From assembly GCF_964194025.1 (NCBI RefSeq), contig NC_134472.1, forward strand, positions 74,214,001 through 74,278,000: a stretch of 64,000 nt of DNA. The letters run 5' to 3'. This stretch comes from Convolutriloba macropyga (taxonomy: Eukaryota). Positions within the stretch are counted from its first letter, which is position 1. Every line of letters begins with the position of its first letter. Position numbers and translations under genes: made by a program. Positions 35,801 through 49,300 of the stretch are shown here, piece by piece. The notes beneath the pieces are model-generated. The model was not told the origin of the DNA. It saw nothing but the letters and a program-made list of their open reading frames with translations, and searched no databases.

Positions 35801-37900
35801 AACATTTGTTAAGCGTACATGCTGGGCGGACTTTATGTCAAAGTTAGAAGTTTGTTTTGAGAATAATTTTAAACTATTGTTTCGCGGGGCAAATAATTCG
35901 TTAACTTTTGTTTGAGGATTTGGTTTGACATAATCTATATTTAAAACTTGTTCAGTATTAGTGGTGGAATTTTTATTTTCACCATCAATATCAATATATA
36001 ATTTATTAAGTGAATGAGCTAAAAGGTTGTGTTTTTGTTGAAGTAATTGAGCATCAGAGTGTATGCTTGATAATGTTGCGACTAAAAATTCCTCATCATT
36101 TTTTGAAGCACTCTTTGCTGGTTGATATGGATTTCGAGAGATGTAATCGACTAGTCCCATCTTCGCGCCGGGCAGATGCTCTATTGAGAATTGATAAGGC
36201 AAAAGACGATCAACCCATCGTGATAACCTACTATTGTAACTTTTATTTGATCGATGTTCTTTTAAAATAGAAAGTAATGCGCGGTGATCAGTGATAATAG
36301 TGAACTCTTTACCATACAAATAATTTTTAAAATATTCTATGGACCATACTACCCCAAGAAATTCCAATTCGTTAATACTATAACCTTCTTCACTAATATT
36401 TAAAAATCTTGATGCAAAAGAGATCGGCTTCCAACCATCAACTGTTAGTTGTTCTAGTGCTGCTCCCAATCCGGAGCAAGAAGCATCACATTTGATTCGT
36501 GTTTCGAGTTGGGGGTTATAGTGAATGTTTTCTGTATGATTTGCTATGCGAGTTTTTATGGCATTAAAATGTAGAGCATGAGCGTCAGTCCAAATGTATT
36601 TAGTTGACTTACGAAGTAGAGGTCTTAAAGGGTGGCACAGTTGAGCTAAATTGGGAATAAATTTACTAATATAGTGGACTGAACCGAGAAATGAGCGTAG
36701 TTTTTTAAGTGTATTAGGTGGTTGTAATGACATAATAGAGGATGTTTTAGATTCGAGTGGTGATATCCCAGATTGAGTTATATTATATCCTAACCAGGAG
36801 ATTTTTTGCTTCGCAAAGTGGCATTTAGGAAGGTTAATTCGGAGATTATCTGCGTCCAGTTTTTTAAGACAATCTAATACAAGTTGGAAGTGATCATCTT
36901 CAGAACCTTTACTTACAATTAAGATGTCGTCTAGAAAACAAAATGTATTTTTAAGGCCAATCAAAGTGTAATCCATTGCCTTCTGAAACTCGGCAGGCAT
37001 GTCTGTAAGACCATAAAATCCCGTTTTGAAACGATATGTGCCTGTCATGTCACCACTTACAATATTGAAATTACAGTGTTTAGCAGTTTCAGGGTGTAGA
37101 TTTAGTTGGCTGCATGCATATTTAAGATCTATAGTAGAGAAGTATATTTTATCCGCTGGTTCTGTTTTGTAGTTTGTTATTATTTGTGATATGGAATCCA
37201 TAGTGTTTCAATATTTGGCATCTGATATTTATTCTTGTGTATTGCTTTATTAAGAGTTTTGGAATCCAATGCTAACTTTATTGTTTGATCTCGTTTAACT
37301 GCGATTACAATAGGTGAAATAAAGTATTGATCAGAACAGTTATTCAATTTTTCTATATGTCCTTCTTCAAGAAATTTTTAATTTCATTATTTACTCGTTC
37401 TTGTAAATTAATTGGTACTCTTCTACCCTTTTTATGTTTTGGTTGAAAAATTCGATGGAATTTAGATTTAACAATGTGTATTTTTGAGCGACCAATACGT
37501 GTAATAAATTGAGGAAATTGTTTTGCAATACGTGTTTTAAATGGACATTGGGATGTGATAGTGTTGACCATACTACCTTCATTTTTTGGGATTTGAGTAA
37601 CTGAGATTCCAAGAGCGTCAAATAGGTCTCTACCAACTAGTGGTTTGAGCCCGTCACGGACTACTACAAATTCAGCTTCTTCAAGTTGCCATCCATTGCT
37701 CGCAATTGGTGCCTGTATCATACCCATCACGTTTATGGGTTCGTTTGAAAATGTCGAGTTCCTGGGGAGGCGCTATACTCAACCATCGAGCAAGGGGAGA
37801 ATTTTCCACTATTTCCGAAGCAAGAGACTCGGGTAAAATACTGCATACACAGCCTGAATCAATGAGAAGTCCAACATGGTTTTTACCAATTTGCAAGATG
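32839..37900 (-). pseudogene. pol: Gypsy pol (PR-RT-RNaseH-integrase) with stops and frameshifts
   Basis: Protease LLIDSG; RT IDLKYA, FYGLTDMPAEFQ and FLDDILI; RNase H CDAS...ELE; integrase LH.SHPG...C..C, QIDFAGP, IDRFSKY and GLVER. In-frame stops at 35155-57 and 34597-99. Confidence 0.93.
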
Positions 37901-38039
37901 GTGTTCTTTGGTTATATCTGTATTGCGTTACTTGCGATGCTGGCGACCATATTATCATCTGAGCTATCGCAATCTGATTCGCATTGCGGGTTATAATTCA
38001 TATTTTGTATGGCGTTTACCGTTTGGTCAGTTGAAGTTT

Positions 38040-39070
38040 CTTCAACAGAGTTAACATTAGATCGGATGGGTTTATTTGATGATGACTTCGGTTTCCTGCA
38101 CACTCGCCAAAAATGATTTTGCAGACCACAGTTATTGCAAGTCTTGCCTCTCGCAATACACTTGATTTTATGATTAGCTGGCCAAGTTAAACCACAGTTT
38201 CTGCAGAGTTGATTTGGTGGTCGAGTAAAACTAGATGTAGTCGGCCGTTGACTCGGTGGTCGAAAAGATCGTTGAGGAATTACTGCTTTAACCTGCGGAG
38301 CAGATTGCGAGTTTGTAATTTGTAGTTGATATCTTTGACCTAATTACATATTTATGGCCAAACGTAATGCTTGAGCTGGTTCTAGAGTTTCTCGCAACAA
38401 TTCCCGTTGAATTTCCGGATCTAACATTCGCAATAAATAAATCTCTTATAAGAGTATCTTCTTGACTCCCGAGATCACAATTTTCAGAAAGTTCTTTCAA
38501 TTTTCCAAAGAAATGTTCGATAGACTCTCCTCTTGTCTGTTTTGTAGTGAGAAGTACATACCTATCAAATGTGATATTGCGCTGACGAATAAATGCTGAT
38601 TCCATGATTGTCCAAAGTTCTGCTGTTGTTAGACTGTCCATCTTGAGGTGTGGGTTTCGGCTACAAACAATTCGACGTCCTTCGGTGCCCAAACTGAGAT
38701 ATAGCATTGACACAGTCTTTCGATCGGCCTGTGCCCACGGTTTATCTCCACACGTTGCTCCTATCTCCAGTTGTCTCTGACACCGATTCTCCCAGTTCAT
38801 TTTTGATTGAGCGTTCCTCGCCAATCTTTCCCTCTCCGATTGTGCCGATGATCCTGTTATCGTATCCTCGTAGATAGGTTCAAGTGGTAGTTGTACTGTT
38901 TCGGGTTTTGGTTCCAATAAAGTGTCTAGTGTAATATTTTCCTTCGCAAGAAGAGCTAACTTGGCCTGCATCTGCCACTTTTCCCATTTCAACGGAGGGT
39001 CTGCACTAGGTTTATCCCAAAATGGTTCAATGCCAAGTGGGGTCCGCTTCTGAGTTGCTGACTGCCCCAT
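38040..39070 (-). pseudogene. gag: Gypsy gag (frameshifted)
   Basis: ORF 38288-39070 contains LKELSENCDLG...DTLIRDLFI. A shifted frame near 38100-38210 gives the double knuckle CRNCG...H..KC.ARGKTCNNCG.QNHF..VC typical of Mag-like gags. Confidence 0.85.
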
Positions 39071-39490
39071 GTTGTACGCAGGTGAGATTGCGTACTTAAT
39101 CTTGAGTCGCGAGTGACGATTATGTTTTATATCCTAGTTTGCGCGGCGAGTGCGCTTTACACAATTTCTAAATGAATCCGCTTAGCGAATCGCTTGGTAA
39201 TTATTTGTCAACTTTACTTGATTAGTAAAGACAGTTAATGAAGAATAAGTTAAATTTGGCAACTGTTCGCGAAGTGCGAAACTAAGAGAGTGAGAATTAA
39301 GGCAACTGGTATTACAGAAGTCATAACAAACATGAACAATAATTTCCCGCTATGGGAGATGGGAATAACAGACTAGCATGTGAAATAACATTGACTTGTA
39401 CACATGCCCTTCAGGAATAAGTACACTAGAATAAATTAAGTACATCGTATAATAATTTTACTGCACTGAATTAATTTATGATGTATGACA
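39070..39490 (-). repeat. 5' LTR of gypsy element
   Basis: Direct repeat of 32255-32672, followed on the - strand by PBS TGGGGCAGTCAGCA. Confidence 0.95.
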
Positions 39491-40887
39491 TTGCCAAAAG
39501 TTTTTTTAAGGAAAACAACTGAGAGCAAAATTTCCGGAAGGTTTTTATGGGCTGAATAAGAGCAATTTTTTTATTCTTCCGACCCACTTAAGTGCGAGAG
39601 GAACTATATATTCAAATGGGCCTTTTTCTGCTAATTCAACGTTGGACGATCGATATATTTATCGTGGAGGTTTGTGAGTGGCTTCATTTGAAATCTCGTG
39701 AAGCGTAGAATGTATATACTTTTTCAAATGATATAGCGAAAGAGAACATTTCAAATCAAAACTTACTAAAAAGAAGTCCAATTGGTTTCCTAAGGAGTTC
39801 CAGGGAAACCTATCTAGTTTTTTAATCCAAGACTTATGGTCATTTTGACTTTAAGAAATAGACTAAAATAAATCTTTTTTTGTCTAAAGCTTATGATCTT
39901 TTTTTTTCGCCAACGTGTAGCTAAACTTTTCGGCTAAGACAATTCGAAGAGTCTTTCTAATGGATTAGAAGTGAGTTTTTACTGTTGTTTTACGTTTCAA
40001 ACGGTGGTTTTTCGGCTTTGATGGAACGATTTTTCACAAATAGTTCTTGATTTATTGACATATTTCTGTCCTTGAAGTTTTTTTTGTCTTGTCAAATTAT
40101 TGGCGCTGAGCTGTTCGACACCGTCTTCTAGCAAGTTTAATGATTTTTTATTTTGTTTTCATTTGTGGGTTTTTTCAATAAAAAATCATAGGTTTTAGCA
40201 GCTTCCAATGGATGACCAGAGGAACCTATTTACTGGTTTACTTTTGAAGCTAAAGTTTTTCATGAATTTGAACACATATGTTTTCTTAAAAAAAAATCAG
40301 ACGTATTTTTAAACTTTGCACGCTGCTGTCCTATTTGTCTACTTGTTACCTAGTCTCATTAGACACAGGTAACATATAATAATATTCGTGTTACAGAAAA
40401 GCACAATTTAACATTTTCATTGTATTTTGTGAGTTGGTTATTGTTTTGACGGCATCGACACGGTTTATCGCATAAATTTGATAATTTTTTTCAAATTTTT
40501 GTCTGTGTTTGTCGTTCTTTTTGTAGACGCTCTAGATATTCTGAATAAACTCAGATCTCAGCGGCTTTCTTATTAAATAAAACTATTTAGTGATTTTAGT
40601 TGATAGCTAAGGTTTTTATGACTTAGAAAATAAGTGCTTTCGAAAAATACAAATGTATTTCTCATTTTTGCTCTTTTAGATAATTTTGTCTTCTTCTCGC
40701 CTAGTCTCTTTATTCTGAGGTTCAGTATCACTCTATTCGTGTTACAAAACATGACGCATTTGATTATGTCTTTTTACGGAAGACATTACGTTTTTTACGG
40801 CTTCGACACCGATGTATCGCAAACAAAAAAATGAATAATTGTTTTTCGTTTTTATTGGGTGTTTTTGTAGACATACTTGTACAACAT

Positions 40888-41042
40888 ATTCTAGATAGTG
40901 CCAGGTGTCAATGTCTTCATATGGAGGCTTGAATCAACATACACCTGTTTAAAGAGGTCATTCGAATTCTAGATAGTGCCAGGTGTCAATGTCTTCATAT
41001 GGAGGCTTGAATCAACATACACCTGTTTAAAGAGGTCATTCG
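40888..41042 (+). repeat. Perfect 78-bp tandem duplication
   Basis: ATTCTAGATAGTGCCAGG...AGAGGTCATTCG at 40888 and 40966. Confidence 0.95.
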
Positions 41043-42280
41043 TTTCTATAAATCAAATTTGTTTATTTTGAAAAAATTAAATTTTTGTTGACTTTGCCGT
41101 GTTTGTTCTTTTTATCTGTTTGCTACATAGTCTTTTTAGGGATTGATCGCATGTTTTTCTTTTGAAGAGCAAATTAATTTGTTTAGCTTAAGTTTTTTAA
41201 ACGCTATTTCGACTATTTTTTTAATTTTTTTTTCAAAAAATAGATATTGAGTTTTGGATATAAATAATGTTTGTTGTTGTTATTTGATTTATTTGCTTGT
41301 CTCGTCTCGTAGTCTTGATAATTGCAGTTCTCATCGGCCCTTCAATGTTTATTTTTTTATTCATACACCAACTATTTTTGATCAATTGCATTTTTGATTG
41401 TTTCCCTTTTCTTCCTCATTTGGTAGACAATTAAGCCAATAGTGTAGATGAGTGGGGTCGGAACATTATGTGCGAACCCACATTAGCTAATTTCTTTAGA
41501 TTGACGATAAAATGAATTCTCTTACCTTTAAAAGTTATCAATGTCAGAAAAAGTTATTAGCTGAGAAAAGGTCGAAAATGACCAAAAACTTAATGCTGAT
41601 TATGACAAAGTCTTAATGCTGATTATAACATTAAATATTATCAGCCAAGCAGTATCATTTTTTAAAGATTTTTTTGCCTCTTATCCTGTCTACATTTTTT
41701 ATGGTAGATTTAATCTGCGATGACTGCCTTTATCACATAAAATTTAGAAAATGTCTCGAATAGGATTAGTACTTAATGAAAATTTCTTAATAATTAACTC
41801 CATGACTCGCTCTGTCTTTTTAGGATATCAACCTAATGCCAAATGCATGCTTTTTTACGATACCAGTCAATTTCAGAATCCATATCCGACTTTTTAATTA
41901 TTTATAACTTCCTTTTTTCCATTATGCTGTTTAATTCGAACCATAGACCACTATACCGTACAAAATTGCGTGTAATGTGAAAGCATTCAATCGCAGCATG
42001 AACAAACTTGTGTCGATTTGTACTTGAATTTGAACAATTTATTTCGTTGCTGAACAGTTTTTTTTTAAGTTTAGAGTTATGAGGAGTAATAGTGTCCCAT
42101 ACCGCTTGTCGCAGGCAGCCATTCTCATTTTGTTGTGAGTCATTAATTTAATTTGTTTTGATTGGTTTTAAACTCTGATTTTTAATACTGATTGGTGTAT
42201 AACTAACAAAACTAATTTAATAAGTGGTTGAATTTCAAAAATTCTTATGCACAATTTGCTATATCTGATATCAAATTTTA

Positions 42281-42381
42281 ATGTTAAGCAGGGCTGTATA
42301 TAGTGGCCGCTGGCTGTCATTATTTCCCCCTAATTTTTTGTTGGATTTTTGGGCTATCTTTGGTTTTCGAATCTGTCGTAG
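42281..42381 (+). CDS. CHST-type carbohydrate sulfotransferase, putative exon 1 (cytoplasmic tail)
   Basis: ATG followed by an open frame to TAG|GTAC (phase 2). It joins exon 2 to give ...RICRRFYVLAALVSLTISLG, a basic stretch plus hydrophobic type II anchor. Confidence 0.55.
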
Positions 42382-42419
42382 GTACCTGTCTGAAAAAATT
42401 GTGACCAATGATAAAAGTC

Positions 42420-42583
42420 GAATCTATTCTGTTTTGGCCCCCAGTGTTTTTTACGCACCCCAGTTACAAATAATATGTTGTTATATAGCACGTTACTATG
42501 TAAAATATAGCACGTGCGTCTGGGGGCGTAAAAGTCCACTAATCTGAGGGGGGGGGGGGCGTGGGGTAAAACAGAATAGATCC
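42420..42583. mobile_element. GGATC MITE (reverse orientation) in intron 1 of the sulfotransferase gene
   Basis: TIRs G(A)ATCTATTCTGTTTT and AAAACAGAATAGATCC; 8-bp TSD TAAAAGTC at 42412-19 and 42584-91. Confidence 0.92.
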
Positions 42584-42680
42584 TAAAAGTCTTCATTAGC
42601 TAATAATCACAACAAAAAAGTTAATTAGCCCCGGCATATAATTATTTAATCAAAAAGTGGTAATTAAAATGTCTGTTTAG

Positions 42681-42983
42681 GTTTTACGTTTTGGCAGCTC
42701 TAGTATCGCTAACCATTAGCCTTGGTCGATTTTACATCTTCGATTTCTCTATTCCTGCCAAGTTTAATGGGAGTCATAACCAGCAGGAGTTTTACGGAAG
42801 GAAGGAATTTCATCATGAAGTGCTACAAAGATCAAAAAATGTGAAAATCCAGAAGATTTTAATCACAACTGTTGGGCGATCTGGGTCATCTGCATTTGGG
42901 CAAATTTTGGGTCAAATGTCTGAGAAGTCATTTTATGTTTTTGAACCTCTACATCGCTACTCTGTAAAGGCGACATCAACAAG
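42681..42983 (+). CDS. CHST-type sulfotransferase exon 2 (TM anchor and 5'-PSB motif)
   Basis: ILITTVGRSGSSAFGQILGQ...FYVFEPLH is the PAPS 5'-phosphosulfate-binding motif of Gal/GlcNAc-6-O-sulfotransferases (CHST1-7 type). TTTAG| acceptor and AG|GTTTG donor, phase 2/2. Confidence 0.85.
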
Positions 42984-45900
42984 GTTTGAATTTCTTTTGC
43001 TACCATAGTTAGTAATTAAGGACAGGTAATCCCGGGGTGGAAGTGTCAGCGGTGATAACAGCTAAAAATATACAATAATAGCATGTTAATTGTTACAAAA
43101 ATCGTCCGAAGAGTTCTGGAAACGACTTAAAGTGGGAAATTGACTACTCTGACCATCATCATTATCTCTTCAACTTAAAAAATCTCTAGATTCGGTTTTC
43201 CTTCCGAATCTAAAAATTGGTAATTTCCGTTGAAAGGTTAATAAATATTTTTAGAAAATGGAAACGATTAGAGATTGAACTTCAAGAAAATACATTTAAT
43301 GATAGGTAAACGCAAATTTATAGTAGTCAACCGATGAAATGAAGATCGAGAAATAGTTCTAGATAGAAAAATTTCTTATAGACAGATAATCTAAAGAACG
43401 GCCCAGATAATATCCAAAAACTAATTTTTGCAAAAAACCATGACCCCACTAATTGATTATCTAGCTCACACGGTTTTGCTAAAAACAGTACAAGCTACTT
43501 TTCTGTCGATTACTTGAAGAAAAACCAAGAAGAAATCAAACTTTGAGAGACAAAATCGCCAATTAAGAGATCAAAACTTTGCTGAAAACTTTTACATTCA
43601 GAAAAACTCAAATGAGCATTATTTTTTGAACAAATCCAGCCACAATAGATCTTGAAATCTAGCTCTGAAAACTTATCTTTTTTTGCAAGCACTTATGGTA
43701 GCTCAAGTGAGCACTTGTTCAAAATTCACGTTAAAAATGTCAACACTAACTATTGAGTATTCATTTCGCACAGAACTTTAAAGTGTTTTAAAACAATTTA
43801 CGATTTCCAAGGTAAACTTAATTGGACGAAAGCAACTTCTGGCAAAGTCATATTCAAGTTTACTGCAAAAAATGAGGAACTGATGCTGGATTAAAAATTA
43901 CAACTATAATTTTGGGATGAGACTGAATTAATTTTCACAATGATCTTGTTTTTCTACGCGTTTTTATTTATTTATCTCATTGATTCCTAATAAACTAACT
44001 GTTTCTAATAACTGCCATATCTATTGCTCATACTTTATAGCTAGCAAAAGCTATAATCGCTATTCTTTTGGTCTTGACAACCGAAAAAATTTTTATTGCT
44101 TGTTGCCCCGTTTTGTGCAGGTATGTTTTAATCTTTTAAATTTGTTCACACATTTTTACGATGACTGAGCTTTCAAAACGGTACAAACATGTAAAGCCCA
44201 GAAAATATGAAATTCATTACAATCTTATATGTACTAATATGATCTGATAAACTAAATTCAAATTGCTTCATGAAATTTTCAAAATTCTAACGTTTCATGT
44301 TGTTTTTGGCTTTTATCTCGAGAATATAGTAAATGGTGTTAATTTAACGTCAGAAGCAAACATTATTAAATACTGTCTTGGTCTCGTTTGTGAGGTATAT
44401 GTATTGGTGACGTCAACTTGAAATTTAAAAGCTAAGAATTTTAGACTTTCGATTTTTTTTCTGGGTAAAACTTTAAGTTCTTCCTGAAGTATGTTAAATC
44501 AAACTTTTCAAATACATGGGCGTGCAAAAGTTGAAGGTTAAATTTTAGCAGCACACATTTGATTTTGAGTTTATTAATTTAATGAACCTCGGGGACTTGT
44601 TATTTGTTTGTGCTATGATTCCAAAATTTTTAAGCTTTTTTTTGTTGGTTCTCACTTTGCTGAATGTCTCTTATATCTTTAACCATGTGTCTGCTACCCA
44701 GCAACTTAGTAATTTTTGCAGGGTTTCACAACCAATAGTTGATTTTGATTAATTACATGTTAGATAAATTTGACAATTTAGTAATAGTTTTTTCAAATTT
44801 TCATCAGCTTTGCTTTTTTGAGGTGAACCTCTGTTGCTTAGTTTTTTTATTGGTTTTGAGTTGGCCTTTGGGTACTTTCATGCACTGTAATGTTGCTTCT
44901 CAGGACATAAGCAGCAAGATTCTTCAGAAAATCCAAAACAATTTTTGCTCAATTCAAGATTTTTAACAGCTTTTGTTGTTCATGTCTCCATTTTCTCTTA
45001 TAACTCAAGCCAGAGATATTTTAGAATCTATTTTGGAACAAACAATTACTATTTACTTTCTTCGTTCTTGTGACACTGCTTTTTATTTGGCACTATTTCC
45101 CAATGTTCAATTGATATTATGGTCAGATCGAGGATTTTATTAATTCATTCACTTGTTTCGATTGTGTTTGGTACCCGTCCTGTAATTGTTTTTTATTTCG
45201 TCATCATGATTTTTGTTTCGGCCATGTGAGATCAATTCTGCACCTTTTGTGTCATTTAATCAAGCGGTGCAACGACTGAATTTCTTGCGAAATCGCCATT
45301 TCATACTTATTTTACCTGGTTTTGTTTTTTTTAATGTCAATATTTTTTTATCACAACTAATTAACCTCATTTTCGAACTTTAATTGGAAATGAGGTCGAT
45401 TGGGGATATCCTAACATCAATGGATTTTACTTGGAGGGGAATTTTTAGACATAGGTGTGCATCAATTGCAGCCCTGACAACAGTTCAACTAACAAGTTTC
45501 TTTTCAATTTTTTATATCTTTTTATATTTGAATTCGGATAGCATAGGTCTTTGAAGCTATCGCAGCTTATTTTTTGCAATCAAGCAGCTATTTTTTTTAT
45601 TTTTGTTTTTATTAAAAAAAGAAAATTTGGTGATATAGTTGGCAGCTAAGGACAATTTGAGATATACTCCAAATTATTCAAAAGCTGGTGTCATTTTTTT
45701 AAAACTGGCCACCGCAATCATTCTATAGAGTAACTCGTTATAAGTACTATGAAGTACGTATCAATTTTTAAACTTAGCTGAGATTAACATCGAGGGCGAG
45801 GTAAAATCATAATTTATTAAATTTTATCCATAATTTATTGTTTGAAGGGTTGGAACATTTTGTGCGAATACTCATTACCGATTCTCCTTGTTGTTATATT

Positions 45901-46388
45901 ATTACTGCCAGAAGTAACAAAAAGAAAATAGCTGTGCCAAGAAGATCGGCAGAACATCATGAAAATTGTCAAAACAATTATAATCGTAACTTTTCATCAC
46001 AAAATGCTTGCTAACTATCAAAATGGATAAAAATGCATTTAAAAATTAAACTTTTATACTATACTCTGATGCTGATGGCAGAGAGCACTTTATTGCAAAA
46101 ATGAGTTCGAAAAAATTAAAAATTGAAGTCGAAATGAGTTGCAAAAAACCTGTTCCGAACAAAAGTTTTTGATTGCCTTATGATTTTTTTACAACTTGCT
46201 CGCTCTCATCTCCCTTGCTCCCTCTGTACCTCTCTCTCTCTCTCCGCAATATTAGATAAAATTTCCAACACATCACTTTTCTGTCATAATTTTCTCCAGG
46301 AGGTCATAGATTTTTGTAAAAGATTTACGCTCTCAATCGCGCATCGCACTCGAACCTTGAAATTTATCTTCCCGTCTATTGTGTATTT

Positions 46389-49300
46389 TGAAGGAAGTCA
46401 AGAATGATAATTTCCCATTTTTGATTTAAAAGTTACAGTTCGAGTTTGATGTCACAACCATTAAGCTATGATTGCGGGAACATAATGCTATATAAACCGA
46501 CTGATTTGTAACAAATCTTACCGCCAATTGAAACGTTGATTAATACTTCTCTCTCACATCAATACACAGCTTGACAGGTTACTGTGCTCAGCCAAACGCA
46601 AAGCTGCAACAAAAAGTTTTCTGCAAGGCGGCCGAACAAAAACAGAGACAAAACAGCAAAGACACTGCCAAAGAGACAAGAAAGGGCCAAAGAGACGAAA
46701 ATCCAAAAAGAGTCCGAAAAGAGTAGTTAGCAAGGATCAGCAGGGTGAAGTTCCATGCCCTAGTTTTGAAAAATTCTGTTTGAGTGCCGGCAAAGTGCCA
46801 AACCAAAATTGAAAACAATTAATTGTTTTAAATTTGTTAAAAGCTACTTTTCTAAAAGGTAGCTTATTGGTTGTGACGCGCTTGCATTTCCGAACACCGG
46901 ACATTTTTTTGAAAAAGCGCTGATTTGCTGAACTACGTTCAGATTTTGATTTAAAAACATTGTAATAAACGAGTAGAGCAGCGCAAAACTTGAACACTCT
47001 ACAAATATGGTTGAACTTGACTGAAAAATGATATATCTTGATTGAAAAATGATAGGGGCGATACGTGTAGAGACTGCCCTTGAGTCTGTGAAGTTATTGC
47101 AACCCGGGTTCCGCTAGGGATAACACCCGACCCAGAGGATCCTTTTACTGTCGAACCTCGTAAGGACGTGGCCTGGCCGTTTCTCAGTGACCAGTATTGA
47201 CATAGACAAGAGGGTAGTGTGTGCATGTGGGACCTTTTTGTTTGCCGACCTTTTAATCCTAGTTCTCCTAAGAGTTGGTTATTTGTACGAGTAGTAACAA
47301 GTGAAAAGGTTTTGAATTGATAAATTGATTAGAGAGACTAATTTTTGTTTTGAATTGATAGACTGGTTAGACAAGAGATGAGTGATAAGAACGAACGTGT
47401 CCGATTCAGCGGGAAAGAGGAGGACTTTTTGTACTTTTCGGAGCAATTTGAAGCTCGCATATTTGTCCGTAAGTTGTACAAGGTACTTGATGGTAGTAGC
47501 ACTTTTGAAAATTATGTCCCTTCTACACGCCCTAACGCTTCACGAGCCAAAAAATGCAGCTATAGCTAAAGTGAGAGAACTTTTTTAAGAAAAACAAATG
47601 CAAATATGGTATGAGCTTGTTTCGGCGCTGGACAAGCGGTCATTTTTTATCTTAGGCCATATAAAGGAGATGGGGCTCAAGCATGGGATGTGTTAACTAA
47701 GAGATTTTTTAGCTTTGAGAGACCTAGATTACAAAAGTTAGCCAGCAAACTCACTAGCATTGTTAAAAGAGACGACGAAAGGCTAATCGAGTATATAACA
47801 AGAGCAGAGGAACTACAATATAACCTTAACCAAGTAAACGAGTGTTTGAGTAAAACATGTTCACACCAGTTCTACTGGAAGTTCTGCCGAACGAATTTGA
47901 TAATTTTGTCACACTTGTTAATACGGTAGTGAGGATAAGTCACTTGATGAGTTGAAGCAAGATCTGATCAACTTCGACACTGAGCGAAGAATAGAGAGTG
48001 ATAGGAAAACGCAAGTGAAAGAGTCTTCCTAACAAAGCAGAAGAGCTGCCATGACTATAATAAGTTAGGACATATTGCTAAATTCTGTCGCTCAAATAAT
48101 AACCGGAAGCCTCATAACCCACAGCCTAATACCAGCAAAGTAATTCATTGCTACAAATGCAATAAGTTTGTACACAAAGCTACAGAATGTAGGAATAAAA
48201 AGTTTGAGAGTCACGCCAGGCGAAATGTTAGAAATGAGGAACATAATTTAGCTAAAGATGAAGAATACTTCAGTTTCTTTTTATGCCCAGTTGATGATGA
48301 GGGAGTAGGACTAGTGCTAGATTCGGGGAAAACAAGTCACATGATAAACAACAGGGAAGTGGTTATCGATATCGATGATAGTTTCTCGGGCAAAGCACAG
48401 AACGCAAACAAAACAGAGTCTGAGATTTTTGGCCGAGGTACAGTTGCATTTTTAGTTAAAGATAGTAATCAGGTTAACAGAAAAATTATCTCGGAGAAAG
48501 CCTTGTTTACACTTGAAATTTCACACAGTCTAGTGTCAATTAGTAAACATAGAGAAGCAGGAGTTGAAGTTTTGATAGTATTAGAATTAAGCATAATTGA
48601 CAAAAGCGGAGTTGAGTACCCATTTAGACAGGAGAAAAATTTGTTCATTTGGGAATTTAGGTAGATTGATAAAACTTGCAAGGAAAACTGCCTCTGGATC
48701 ACAACAATTTAACGGACCTTAGCAAACTAGTTGAACACGTTGAAGGAATGCGTATCGGCGACAGTTTGGTAGATATATGTGAGGTTTGTGAGTTGAATAA
48801 GGCTAAGAAACAACCAAAATGAAAAAATTGCAGAACAAGAGCACAAGCATTGTTGGACATTGTGCACACACAGACATGTTAGGGCATATTGCCCCCGAGG
48901 CTGTAAATGGCCACAAGTACGCGATAGGATTTGTTGATAGCTTCAGTAGATATTGTAGGGTTTACTTTATGAAGTCAAGCGACGAGATTCTAGAGAATTT
49001 TCAACAATTTTGTGCAGATGTAGGCCAGCCTTTAAATTTAGTATCAGACGGTTTAAAAGAGTTTATAGCTAACGACTTTAAAAAGTTTGTTCGGCTAAAA
49101 GGAATCAGGCTTGAGAATTCTGCGGCGTACACGCCACAAAAATTGGTAAAAATGAAAAACTTTGAGACGTCACTGTAGGAACTGCTAGATGTTTAGGAGA
49201 TCAGGCCTCTTTAGAGAAAAATTATTGGACTTATTCGCTCAACATGGCATTCTATTTGAAAATTTTTTGCTATCATTCGGCAAAAAAGCAAACCCCTCAT

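Larger units (their letters stand above)
32255..39490 (-). mobile_element. Full-length but degenerate Ty3/gypsy LTR retrotransposon (Mag-like)
   Basis: TG..CA LTRs at 32255-32672 and 39070-39490, about 97% identical by eye. 5-bp TSD TTGCC (32250-54 and 39491-95), PPT at 32673-32684, PBS next to the 5' LTR. Domain order gag-PR-RT-RH-IN. Confidence 0.97.
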
